Shown piece by piece: positions 24,451-35,379 of a stretch of 64,000 bases of DNA. The notes beneath the pieces were generated by a model. That model was not told where the DNA came from. It did no database searches and saw nothing but the letters and a program-made list of their open reading frames with translations. Each line of letters starts with the position of its first letter. Position 1 is the first letter of the stretch. Made by a program: the position numbers and the translations under genes. This stretch comes from Octopus sinensis (taxonomy: Eukaryota), in the NCBI RefSeq assembly GCF_006345805.1, contig NC_043004.1:94240001-94304000 (forward strand), in the 5' to 3' direction.

Positions 24451-24699
24451 TTCTACCTCTCTCCCTCGCACTTATTCAAAATCGTGAGAGAGTCCAGAAG
24501 ATCATTGGAGTATGACTAATTTCTTTTTATCTAATATGCAACCAAAAGCTGTCCCAAGAACACGACGGTCAGATTCACAGACCACGGAATGGTTTCAAAT
24601 AATGTGTGAGCGCATCCATTAAAGGTATAAACTCAATCAACCACTATACATCACTTTTAGAATGACGGTAATTTGAGAATGAAGATGTAATTATTCTAT

Positions 24700-25387
24700 C
24701 AAGCGGTAATTTATTTACATTATTTACGTTCGACGAATATTTGTCCTCATCTTCTTCAGGTATCTTGGGGAAATTTCGAACCTGGATTCTCATTCCTAAG
24801 ATATTTTTCGTCGTCGTTGTCGTCACTGCTTGAAATCGAACTCTGAGTCTTGGGGTTAGTAGCCCGCGCTCTTAACCACTACGCCATGTGCCCGTGTGTG
24901 AAGTGGAGTGAATTTTAGGGCTTATAAATCTAATGATTTCATATCCTTCCTTAATACCGGTTCCCATATGCTGCTTATATTTGTACCCAGTTTGCTTAGG
25001 AGGTTGTTGTGTCCTAGCATGTATGCTGCTTCTTTTAGTTTTCGTATTTTCCAGTGGTGTTGTCTTCTATTATTTTAACTTCATCCCACAGGTGGAGGTG
25101 GTCTCCGTTTTTGCATACATGATCAGCTATACCCGATTTATCAATATCTCCTCGTGTCACAGCTTTGCGATGTTCGTCTACCCTTATTTTGAGGGGACGG
25201 CATATTTCGTCTTTGTAAACCTACCACAGCTGCACGGGGTGGAGTACACGCAGTCTTTGGTCATATTCTCTTCTATTGGTGGTTTTACTCGAAGAAGATA
25301 TTTGCGAAGTGTCGTATTACTCATGAATACTGTCCTGATGTCATATGGGCCGCGTATCTTTTGTATCTTTTCGGAGAGGCCTTTCAA
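24700..25387 (-). mobile_element. Penelope-like element: GIY-YIG endonuclease relic plus 3' terminal region
   Basis: KGLSEKIQKI..YDIRTVF.SNTTLRKYL.RVKP..TKDCVYSTPCSCG; after a frameshift LKIRVDEHRKAVTRG.IDKSGIADH..W.EVKII. This is the typical Penelope GIY-YIG region. Confidence 0.85.
24822..24893 (-). other. tRNA-like cassette (Pol III A/B boxes) inside the Penelope 3' region
   Basis: GGGCACATGGCGTAGTGGTTAAGAGCGCGGGCTACTAACCCCAAGACTCAGAGTTCGATTTCAAGCAGTGAC. Acceptor stem is poor, so it is not a functional tRNA. Confidence 0.65.
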
Positions 25388-25457
25388 CTGGTACTTATTT
25401 TATCGACCCCAAAAGGATGGAGGGCAAAGTGGATCTCAGCAGAATGTGAGTCTAGAA

Positions 25458-25682
25458 CAGGGGTGGGCGAACTTTTTTGATCGCGGGCCGCACAGTGCGT
25501 CTTTGGAACCTTAGCGGGCCTCATTTATAAAAATCAAGTGAAAATATTTTTAAAGGCGGTTATAGACCTATAAACACACAATTGATTGAAAGGAAATTTT
25601 GTGAAATATTCCTCTCGACGGGCCGCATGAAAACCTATGGCGGGCCGCATGCGGCCCGCGGGCCGTAGTTTGCCCACCCCTG
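25458..25682. mobile_element. hAT (Charlie-type) MITE with 8-bp TSD
   Basis: TIRs CAGGGGTGGGCGAACT / AGTTTGCCCACCCCTG. Exact TSD GTCTAGAA at 25450-25457 and 25683-25690 (NTCTAGAN preference). It sits inside a SINE B that itself interrupts the Penelope. Confidence 0.95.
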
Positions 25683-25845
25683 GTCTAGAACATAAAACCA
25701 GAAGAAATGTCACTGAGCATTTTGTCTGATGCTCCAACAGTTCTGACAGCTCACTGCCCAACTAGAAGATAGAATATACAGTGTGGTAAGTTGAACTGTG
25801 GTAGAGCAGGATTGCTCAATAGAAATGAACCTATAATACTGAGAG

Positions 25846-25960
25846 ACTGTGGACAGTTTATTGGCTTCATCCTTTCTCTTCTTCATAATTGGAGTGGATA
25901 GTATACTTTTGGGGTAGTTGTTTGCTTAACAGATCGTTATTGAGCTTGATCATATCTTCA
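25846..25960 (-). mobile_element. Upstream continuation of the Penelope ORF (RT-EN linker), duplicated at ~28336-28450
   Basis: MIKLNNDLLSNNYPKSILSTPIMKKRKDEANKLSTV joins naturally to (PYV)KGLSEKIQK at 25387 once the SINE B and hAT insertions are removed. Confidence 0.65.
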
Positions 25961-26529
25961 TGGTGTGTTTATTTAGTTCAACTTTAATGAATATGAAGCC
26001 TTCAAAAAGCCAATTCTGCATGAAGTAACATATTAGTATGGCTTCCACAGAACTTCCTACGCTTGAGTTAATGAATATTTGAATTTCTGAGGATTTGCTA
26101 AATACGCTTTTAAATTTCGGATCAATATATGCAGCAGATTCAGTTAAGTGTAGAAGTTTACCTTTATATTCAATCTGGAGGGATTGAAACTGTAATAATG
26201 TAAGGAATCCCAAGCTGGCTGGATCAGACATTCCACGAACAAGAACTTCTGTTAGAAAGCAGCAGTTTATTTCAATGGTTACAATTTTTCTTCCAATTTT
26301 GTTAAGTTTCTTTCCCCAATAGATTAAGATATTGAGATGACCTGGAGCATGATTTACTAGCAAGCCTTTTGCACTGTCTTGGCGAATTAAAAATAATTCA
26401 GCATAATTTACAATGCCAAAAGGAAACGTTGTCTTAGATGTCTGATTTAAAGATATTACTGATACAATTAGTTTTGATCAGACATATTTGAAATGCCTTT
26501 GCAAAACGTTTTATCTTCTTACAATTAAG

Positions 26530-26990
26530 GCGCAGACGTGGCTATGTGGTTAAGAAGCCTGTTTCTCAACCATGTAGTCTTGGGTCCAGTTCCACTGCAC
26601 GGCACTTTGATCATGTGTTTTCAACTATAGCCGCTTGTGAGTGAATTTGGTAAACGGAAACTGAAACTCGATGTATGTGTGTGTGTTTTCATGTGTGTAT
26701 GTGTGTGTGTGTGTATTTCCATGTGTGTATGCACGTGTGTGTGTGTGTGTATGTGTGTGTGTGTGTGTGTTTGTGTATGTGTATGTCTTTTCATTTATCT
26801 CTCATCATCATTTGACTACCGGAGTTGGTTTGTTTACGTCTCCGTTATATATCGGTTCGGCAATAGAGACCGATAGAAAAAATACCAGGCATAAAACTAA
26901 AAGCTGGGGTTGATTTGTTCGACTGAAACCCGTGAAAACTGCCCCAGCATGGCCGCCGCGGTACAAAGATTTAACAGGTAAAAGATAAAA
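26530..26990 (+). mobile_element. SINE family A (diverged; duplicated at ~29022-29480)
   Basis: Head AAGGCGCAGACGTGGC, (TG)n centre, tail. Confidence 0.75.
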
Positions 26991-27432
26991 GTACAAAGAA
27001 AAGATAAGACATCTTTTATCAATAGCAAAGCATTCTCTACGATCACACAAGATTCATGAGCCAAACCAAAAACAAGTTGAAGCTTCTAATGAATTTGTTT
27101 CCCAAAAGTAACAAGTGGATTAAGGTCCTTCGCACTTATATTTTCCATAACACCAACAATAGACTCTTCCATTCTGACTATAGAAGTAATACTATACATA
27201 GAGCGTTAAGATTTTCTCAGCTTTATGAGTCAAGGCAAAACTATGGCAAACGTCTTTCGATCGGTTTCTCTTTTTAGATCGACACAAAAAGCGTCACTAA
27301 TAGCTTCTTCTGCAAATCATGTAGGAAATTTACAATATTTCATATTTGTCTAAGAGATGTGACAAAGTAATTGCTAGGCTATCCAAGCTAATGTTTCAGA
27401 GGATAAATCTTTATTCGTTCGCAGAGTATGTA

Positions 27433-27465
<33 letters not shown>

Positions 27466-27551
27466 AAATATTATTCGAGACAAAACCACTATTTTGCAAA
27501 ACAAACAAGGAAAGACTTAATTAATACATAAAATTTTAATAAATAGTCAAA

Positions 27552-27607
<56 letters not shown>

Positions 27608-27676
27608 ATATGTATGTATGTATATATGTATTATAGTATATATATGTGTGTGTGTTGTATGTATGTATCTATGTAC

Positions 27677-27754
<78 letters not shown>

Positions 27755-29165
27755 GTATGTATTTATGTATGTATGTAAGTATGTATATATTATGTATGTA
27801 TGTTTGTATTTATGTATATTGTTGCTCGTAAATTTAGATGCGATGATTTTTTTCGCACAAATACTAAAGAATGACACATTTCGTTCCTTCCTTGTTATTT
27901 CAGGCCACTATATTTCAGTGTAGGAAACTGCCTTCCGTATCTGCCATAATTTGTAGAAATAAATCGATTTCATCGCTTTTCATTTGACATCCATAAGTTT
28001 ATGATATGTCTCAAACTGCATAATGCATTTAACATCGGTCTCTGCAGAATTATCCTTTCACAAAAGAGTGTTGATTGTTATTGATGTCATAGTTGATTAT
28101 AAAAACATCTGAAGTGTGAAAATCGTTGATGTCCATAATTTCAAGGAATCATTTTCCAACCATGATCACCCCTGGTCTAGAACATAAAACCAAAAGAAAT
28201 GTCACTGAGCATTTTGTCTGATGCTCCAACAGTTCTGACAGCTCACTGCCCAACTAGAAGATAAAATATACTGTGTGGCAAGTTGAACTGTGGTAGAGCA
28301 GGATTGCTCAATAGAAATGAACCTATAATACTGAGAGACTGTGGACAGTTTATTGGCTTCATCCTTTCTCTTCTTCATAATTGGAGTGGATAGTATACTT
28401 TTGGGGTAGTTGTTGCTTAACAGATCGTTATTGAGCTTGATCATATCTTCGTGGTGTGTTTATTTAGTTCAACTTTAATGAATATGAGGCCTTCAAAAAG
28501 CCAATTCTGCATGAAGCAGCGTATTAGTATGGCTTCCACAGAACTTCCTACGCTTCAGTTAATGAATATTTGAATTTCTGAGGACTTGCTAAATACGCTT
28601 TTAAATTTCGGATCAATATATGCAGCAGATTCATTAAAGAGTAGAAGTTTACCTTTAGATTCAATCTGGAGGGATTCAAACTGTGATAATGTAAGGAATC
28701 CCAAGCTGGCTGGATCAGATATTCCACGAACAAGAACTTCAGTTAGAAAGTAGCAGTAGTTTATTTCAATGGTTACAATTTTTCTTCCAATTTTGTTAAG
28801 TTTCTTTCCCCAATAGATTAAGATATTGAGATGACATGGGGCATGATTAACTAGAAAGCCTTTTGCACTGTCTTGGCGAATTAAAAATAATTCAGCATAA
28901 TTTACAATGCCAAAAGGAAACGTTGTCTTAGATGTCTGATTTAAAGATATTGCTGATACAATTAGTTTTGATCAGACATATTTGAAATGCCTTTGCAAAA
29001 CGTTTTATCTTCTTACAATTAAGGCGCAGACGTGGCTATATAGTTAAGAAGCCTGTTTCTCAACCATGTAGTCTTGGGTCCAGTTCCACTGCACGGCACC
29101 TTGGTCATGCCTTTTCAACTATAGCCGCTTGTGAGTGAATTTGGTAAACGGAAACTGAAACTCGA

Positions 29166-29207
<42 letters not shown>

Positions 29208-29912
29208 CACGTGTGTGTGTGCGTGCGTGTGTGTGTACGTGTGTTTGTGTATGTATATGTCTTTTCATTTATCTCTCATCATCGTTTGACTACCGAAGTT
29301 GGTTTGTTTACGTCTCCGTTATATATCGGTTCGGCAATAGAGACCGATAGAAAAAATACCAGGCATAAAACTAAAAGCTGGGGTTGATTTGTTCGACTGA
29401 AACCCGTGAAAACTGTGCCCCAGCATGGCCGCCGCGGTACAAAGATTTAACAGGTAAAAGATAAAAGTACAAAGAAAAGATAAGACATCTTTTATCAATA
29501 GTAAAGCATTCTCTACGATCACACAAGATTCATGATCCAAACCAAGAACAAGTTGAAGCTTCTAATGAATTTGTTTCCCAGAAGTAACAAGTGGATTAAG
29601 GTCCTTCGCACTTATATTTTCCATAACACCAACAATAGACTCTTCCATTCTGATTATAGAAGTAATACTATACATAGAATGTTAAGATTTTCTCAGCTTT
29701 ATGAGTGAAGGCAAAACTATGGCAAACGTCTTTCGATCGGTTTCTCTTTTCAGATCGACACAAAAAGCGTCACTAATGGCTTCTTCTGCAAATCATATAG
29801 GAAATTTACAATATTTCATATATATGTCTAAGAGATGTGACAAAGTAATTGCTAGGCTATCCAAGCTAATGTTTCAGAGGATAAATCTTTATTCGTTCGC
29901 AGAGTATGTATG

Positions 29913-29958
<46 letters not shown>

Positions 29959-30009
29959 GTATGTGTATGTATGTATGCATGTATGTATGTATCTATATAT
30001 ATATATATT

Positions 30010-30044
<35 letters not shown>

Positions 30045-30067
30045 TGTATGTATGTATATATATATAT

Positions 30068-30099
<32 letters not shown>

Positions 30100-30172
30100 T
30101 TTATGTATGTATGTATGTATGTATGTATGTATATATGTGTGTATGTATGTGTGTATGTATGTATTATCTATG

Positions 30173-30209
<37 letters not shown>

Positions 30210-30933
30210 GTTTGTATTTATGTATATTGTTGCTCGTAAATTTAGATGCGATGATTTTTTTTCGCACAAATACTAAAGAATGACACATTTCGTTCCTTCC
30301 TTTGTTATTTCAGGCCATTCTATTTCAATGTAGGAAACTGCCTTCCGTATCTGCCATAATTTGTAGAAATAAATCGATTTCATCGCTTTCATTTGACATC
30401 CATAAGTTTAAGATATGTTTCCAACTGCATAATGCATTTAACATCGGTCTCTGCAGAATTATCCTTTCACAAAAGAGTGTTGATTCTTATTGATGTCATA
30501 GTTGATTATAAAAACATCTGAAATGTGAAAATCGTTGATGTCCATAATTTCAAGGAATCATTTCCCAACCAGGACACATTTCACACTTCAGAAGCTGCCA
30601 ACTGACGAAATCGTTTCATCCACAACATCGTAGCAAAAGCCAAGCTGTTCTATTACAGGTCAGTTACGCATGTGCAGAGGGTTTTCGTGATTACGCAATT
30701 TTGCTGGTAGTAATTAACACAAGACAGTTATATCATATACAATACGACAGTGCATGCGTGTACATATATTCCCAGATGCATGCATATATATATATATTTG
30801 TGTGTGTGTGTGTATGGATGGATGAATTTATATATGTGTATGTGTGTATGTGTATACATATACACATAATATACACAAATATACACATCTTCAGATATAT
30901 CTGCATATACATATTCATGTGTGTGTGTGTGTA

Positions 30934-31932
30934 CAGGGTACGTAAGATATTTGAGGACAGATTTATGCTTATAAAAATAACAACTTTATTTATCAAAAAA
31001 TACTATGAGGATAAAAATAGACCTTCTTTTCTATGTTATTCAATAAAGCCACCTTCAGCTTCAACAACTGCCTCTATCTGAGATCTAAATCATCTACAGG
31101 CTCGAATCAAGTGGTCCTGATTCATTTTGGACATTACTCTGACTATAGCTGCTTTCATAGAATCTTTGGTGTTATGGACGTGTTTATTGACCTCCCTATC
31201 AACAACGCTGCACATATAATAGTCCAATAGATTGAGATCTGGGGAATTAAGAAGCCAAATGTTAAGGGCTATGTGATCATGAAAATTTTCAGCCATCCAG
31301 TCCTGTGTTACTAGAACCATGTATGGTTTCTTTTTTTAACATCTTTCTCTTGATCGAAGTTTTTCTCGTTTGAGAAAGATCAAATCAAATCTCCTTCTAC
31401 TGGATTTTTGTGTTTGTTTAAGAGCCTTTTAGATCTGGTGTAGTAATTTTCTTTTGCTTTTTCGGACAAATTGACCTTTCCTCATCATATAAGACTTATA
31501 TCTGATGTCTTCATGGACAACATTTCTAACTGGTTCTTCTGACCCATGGAGATCTTTTGCAATTGACCTCATGGACTTTCTGGGATTGTAATCAATGGTC
31601 TGTTGAACTTGCTGGATAAATTCAGATTTTCTGATGATTTCAGAGTGTTTAGAATGCTTTTTATGTTTTGATACTGGTGATGCGTTTCCATCTTCAGTCT
31701 TTAGCTCCTTACAAACTTTGTAGACGAATGATGTGACAACTTTTAAAACTCGAGATATTTCTAAATCACTATGCTCAGTCTTTATAACCACAACAACAGC
31801 ATGCCTCTTCATTTCTTGAGCAAGCTGAGGACCTGCCATTATTATTTTCTGAAGCAAAGATTATACAGAGTTAGCAAAAAATTCAGCAATGAACCCAAAA
31901 AAGGTATGTCCTCAAATACCTTACGCACTCTG
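30934..31932 (-). mobile_element. Internally deleted Tc1/mariner transposon (maT/DD37D-like)
   Basis: TIRs CAGGGTACGTAAGATATTTGAGGACA / TGTCCTCAAATACCTTACGCACTCTG with TA at both ends. N-terminal HTH ORF 31429-31857; C-terminal W..NSPDLN.LDYY ORF 31090-31320. Middle catalytic part missing. Confidence 0.88.
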
Positions 31933-31974
31933 TATATATATTCAGATTTATCTGCACACACATCCACGCGTACT

Positions 31975-32699
31975 TACATGTATATGTATGTGTGTGTGTA
32001 TGTGTGTGTGTGTGTGTGTGCATTTATATATGTATATGTATGTATATGTGTGTGTGTGTGTTTGTGGGTATGTGTGCATTTGTTATGTGTCTGTGTTTTT
32101 GTATGTGTGTGTATGTGCGTGTGTGTGTGCGTGCGTGTATGTGTGCGTGTGTGAATGTTGTGCTGTGAATTCTTACTGGTGAAAAGAAATAACGAGGGTA
32201 CTGCATACATTGCTCTATTTATCTAGGTTCACACGCACACACACACACACACACACCACACACACACACACACGCACACACACATACACATACACACACA
32301 CGCACCGCACACACATATATAAACGTATACAAGTATGCTGACATAAAATTTCAGATTTATCTCCCTTAATCTTACAAGTTTCAGTTTTTCTTTTGTATTT
32401 TGCTTTCATAATAATTATGTAGGTCAGAGCGAAACCCAAACAAAGATAAACACATACAGTGGAAAAATATATAGAAGTTATCTTACACACATACATACAC
32501 ACGGAACATACATACAAAACACACATAATGCAACGCATACACTCACACAGAAAAATACATAAGACAGTGACAACACACACATACATAGAAACGACACATG
32601 CAAACATGCGCATACATAAAAGCAACATAAACAGATAACATACATATGCACATACACGGTAATAACTCATACACATATACACACACATATATACAGTGG

Positions 32700-32733
<34 letters not shown>

Positions 32734-33500
32734 ACACATACACAGACACATCCACAGTGACAGCACACACTCAGACACATACACAGTGACAGCACACGCA
32801 CACACATACATACAGTGACTGCACACACATACACACACATACATAGTGATAGCACACACATACATATACAGTGGCTGACACACACACCAACACATACACA
32901 TACATCCACAGTGACAGCACACACACACACACATGCACAGTGACAACACACACACACACACATACATACAGTGACTGCACACACATACATAGTGATAGCA
33001 CACACACACATATACACAATGATTGCACAAACACACACAAACACACATACACACATACACACTGACTGCGCGCACATAGCCACACCAACAGATACACAGT
33101 AACAGAACACACACACATACATATATAGTGACAGCACACACACGCTCACACATGGACACACACGCTCACACATGCACACACACGAAAAACCCACGTATAT
33201 AGAAAATTACATAATACTATATATACAATATACACATAAACAGTCACACAGCAGATACAAACATAGACATACGATACAGTCACATACATACATACATACA
33301 TACACACATACACACATACATACATACACACATACACACACATACACACATACACACATACATAAATACATACATACATACATACATACACACACATACA
33401 TACACACACATACATACACATACATACATACATACATACATACACACACATACACACACATACACACACACACACACACATATATATAGAGAGTGAGAGA
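31975..33500. repeat. Long degenerate (CA)n/(TG)n/(TACA)n low-complexity tract
   Basis: Direct observation. Source of the 314-aa and other Cys/Val ORFs. Confidence 0.9.
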
Positions 33501-34479
33501 GAGAGAAAGACAGAGAGAGAGAGAAGATATGAGGAGTTTAGGTCAAGGTGTGTGCATGTAGATATATTTGTATATGTATGTGTATATATATATATATATA
33601 TATACTTACACATACAGGAATAAACACACACACATGAATACACATACACTCACACACGTAGACACACGTACATATATACACATACATATGTGCAAACACA
33701 ATGCATACAGACACATATACATACATGCATACATACATAGTTCTCATAAGCCACCCTAAATACCTCCAACACCCTCGTCTCACAATGCCCCACACCATCC
33801 AACACTACCCAACACCGCCGCCCGCCCGCCCGCCCGCCCGCCCGTCCAAACCCCGTCTCCACTCCCTTCTCCCTTATTTGAAAACAACAACAAAAAAAAA
33901 CAATAATAAAAGCAGACAGAACGTAATGACTGGCTTTTCTTTGTGTCTCCTTAATCTTCTACTCCACTCGCATATTTATAATCTGGCTGGGTTCAAACAA
34001 CAACAACAACAACAACAACAACAAAAACAATAGCAACATTACCAGCAGCAACAAGAACAACAACAACACCAACAACAACAACGACAGTTGCAATAATAGC
34101 AACAATAGACAGAGGACAACAGAAATATGCATAACGATAACGACTTATAAAATATATGTATTAGCAACAACACCAACAATAATAACGGTTATTGTATTAA
34201 CAAGAATGCTAGCAGCAACAGGAGGCAGAGAACAAGACCAACCAAAATAGAATTATCAATAAAATAATAGTAATCGTTTTTTATCTTTGGAACAAGGCCT
34301 GAAATTGTGTGTGAAAGATGGGAAGGGTGGTCAGTTAAATCTACCTCGGAATTTGTCTGGTATTTTATTTTATCGACTAATGAAGAATATAGGGTATGTT
34401 TGACTTTTGTGGAATTAGAAATCAGAACGTAAAAAACTGAATGAAATACTTTATAAGACTTTTTTACTCTTTTACTTGT

Positions 34480-35090
34480 TTCTATCGGCCAGCTTCCCTC
34501 GATTTCAGCTCTTCGTGTTTTTCTGTAGCGAGTAAATAATATGTGGAAATTGACGATTTAAAAGTCTGTTAACTGCGTATTGGCATAGAAATAATTTTCT
34601 TTAGCCCTTATTTATAAGTTGTTTATAATTTTAATCTTAAAGGTATTTTAATATGCTGACACATTTTTTGATGGAATTTTTTTCTGTAAAAAAAATCTTC
34701 GTCCTATATTAGTAGTAGACTTATTACTATTCGCTATAGGGACTGGTAACCACTATAAGCTGTAGTGGAGAACAGTTCACACGTGTGCTGAGGCTGACCA
34801 AAGGATTTTATTTTTAGATATATCTGGGGTACTTATATGTACTCATGATTTTTGCTTCGGTTTTTCCATATGCGCATGTAAGTATTTCATTTATTTCTAT
34901 TCGTATTTTCTACTGACGAGGGAAAAATCTATTATGAGATTAATTCCGAAATTGATTCAATATAGAAATAACGAACTTTTAAAAAAAATTCTATCGGCCA
35001 GCTTCCCTCGATTTCAGCTCTTCGTGTTTTTCTGTAGCGGGTAAATAATATGTGGAAATTGACGATTTAAAAGTCTGTTAACAGCATATT
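34480..35090 (+). mobile_element. Non-coding retrozyme-like / non-autonomous Penelope-like element with ~95-bp terminal direct repeat
   Basis: 34480-34573 repeats at 34989-35082 (one mismatch, period 509 bp). It contains a hammerhead ribozyme just before the second repeat. Confidence 0.65.
34900..34975 (+). ncRNA. Type I hammerhead ribozyme
   Basis: Stem I: TTCGT/ACGAA plus TTTCTA/TAGAAA. Core CTGACGA 34913-34919. Stem II: GGGA..AATCT-ATTATG-AGATT..TTCC, starting with G-C. GAAA 34948-34951. Stem III: ATTG-att-CAAT. Cleavage triplet AUA ending at 34962. Confidence 0.85.
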
Positions 35091-35124
35091 TATTTATAAA
35101 TTATAAATATATATATATATATAT

Positions 35125-35290
35125 ATACGACGAGCTTCTTTCAGTTTCCGTCTACCAAATCCACTCACAAGGCTTTAGTCGGCCAGAGGCTATAGTAGAA
35201 GACACTTGCCCGAGGTGCCACGCAGTGGGACTGAACCCGGAACCATGTGGTTCGTAAGCAAGTTACTTACCACACAGCCACTCCTACGCG
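35125..35290 (-). mobile_element. SINE family A head/core half
   Basis: Near-consensus head and core. The tail is replaced by the hammerhead element except for its last ~20 nt at 34461-34480. Confidence 0.85.
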
Positions 35291-35379
35291 AACGATTTTG
35301 CCGACCTACCATCTTAACACCGATAATATTCTTTCTGCTATAGACACAAAGACTGGAATGTGTTTTAAGAAAAGGACGC

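Larger units (their letters stand above)
25675..30570. repeat. Tandem segmental duplication, ~2.45-kb units (25675-28162 and 28167-30570)
   Basis: TGGTCTAGAACATAAAACC at 25681 and 28173. Both units end TCAAGGAATCATTT.CCAACC. A few percent substitutions; internal microsatellite lengths differ. Confidence 0.95.

Noticed and set aside
27050-28160. Faint resemblance to a DDE transposase (C..CPG, YF..G..YK, CD motifs) on the minus strand of the duplicated unit
   Set aside because: Too many stops and frameshifts; matches could be subjective without an alignment.
32215-33649. Long Cys/Val/Tyr/His/Thr-rich ORFs (e.g. 314 aa; also 49086-50071, 3739-4194, 13473-13926)
   Set aside because: Translations of di-, tri- and tetranucleotide repeats that lack stops in several frames; not coding evidence.
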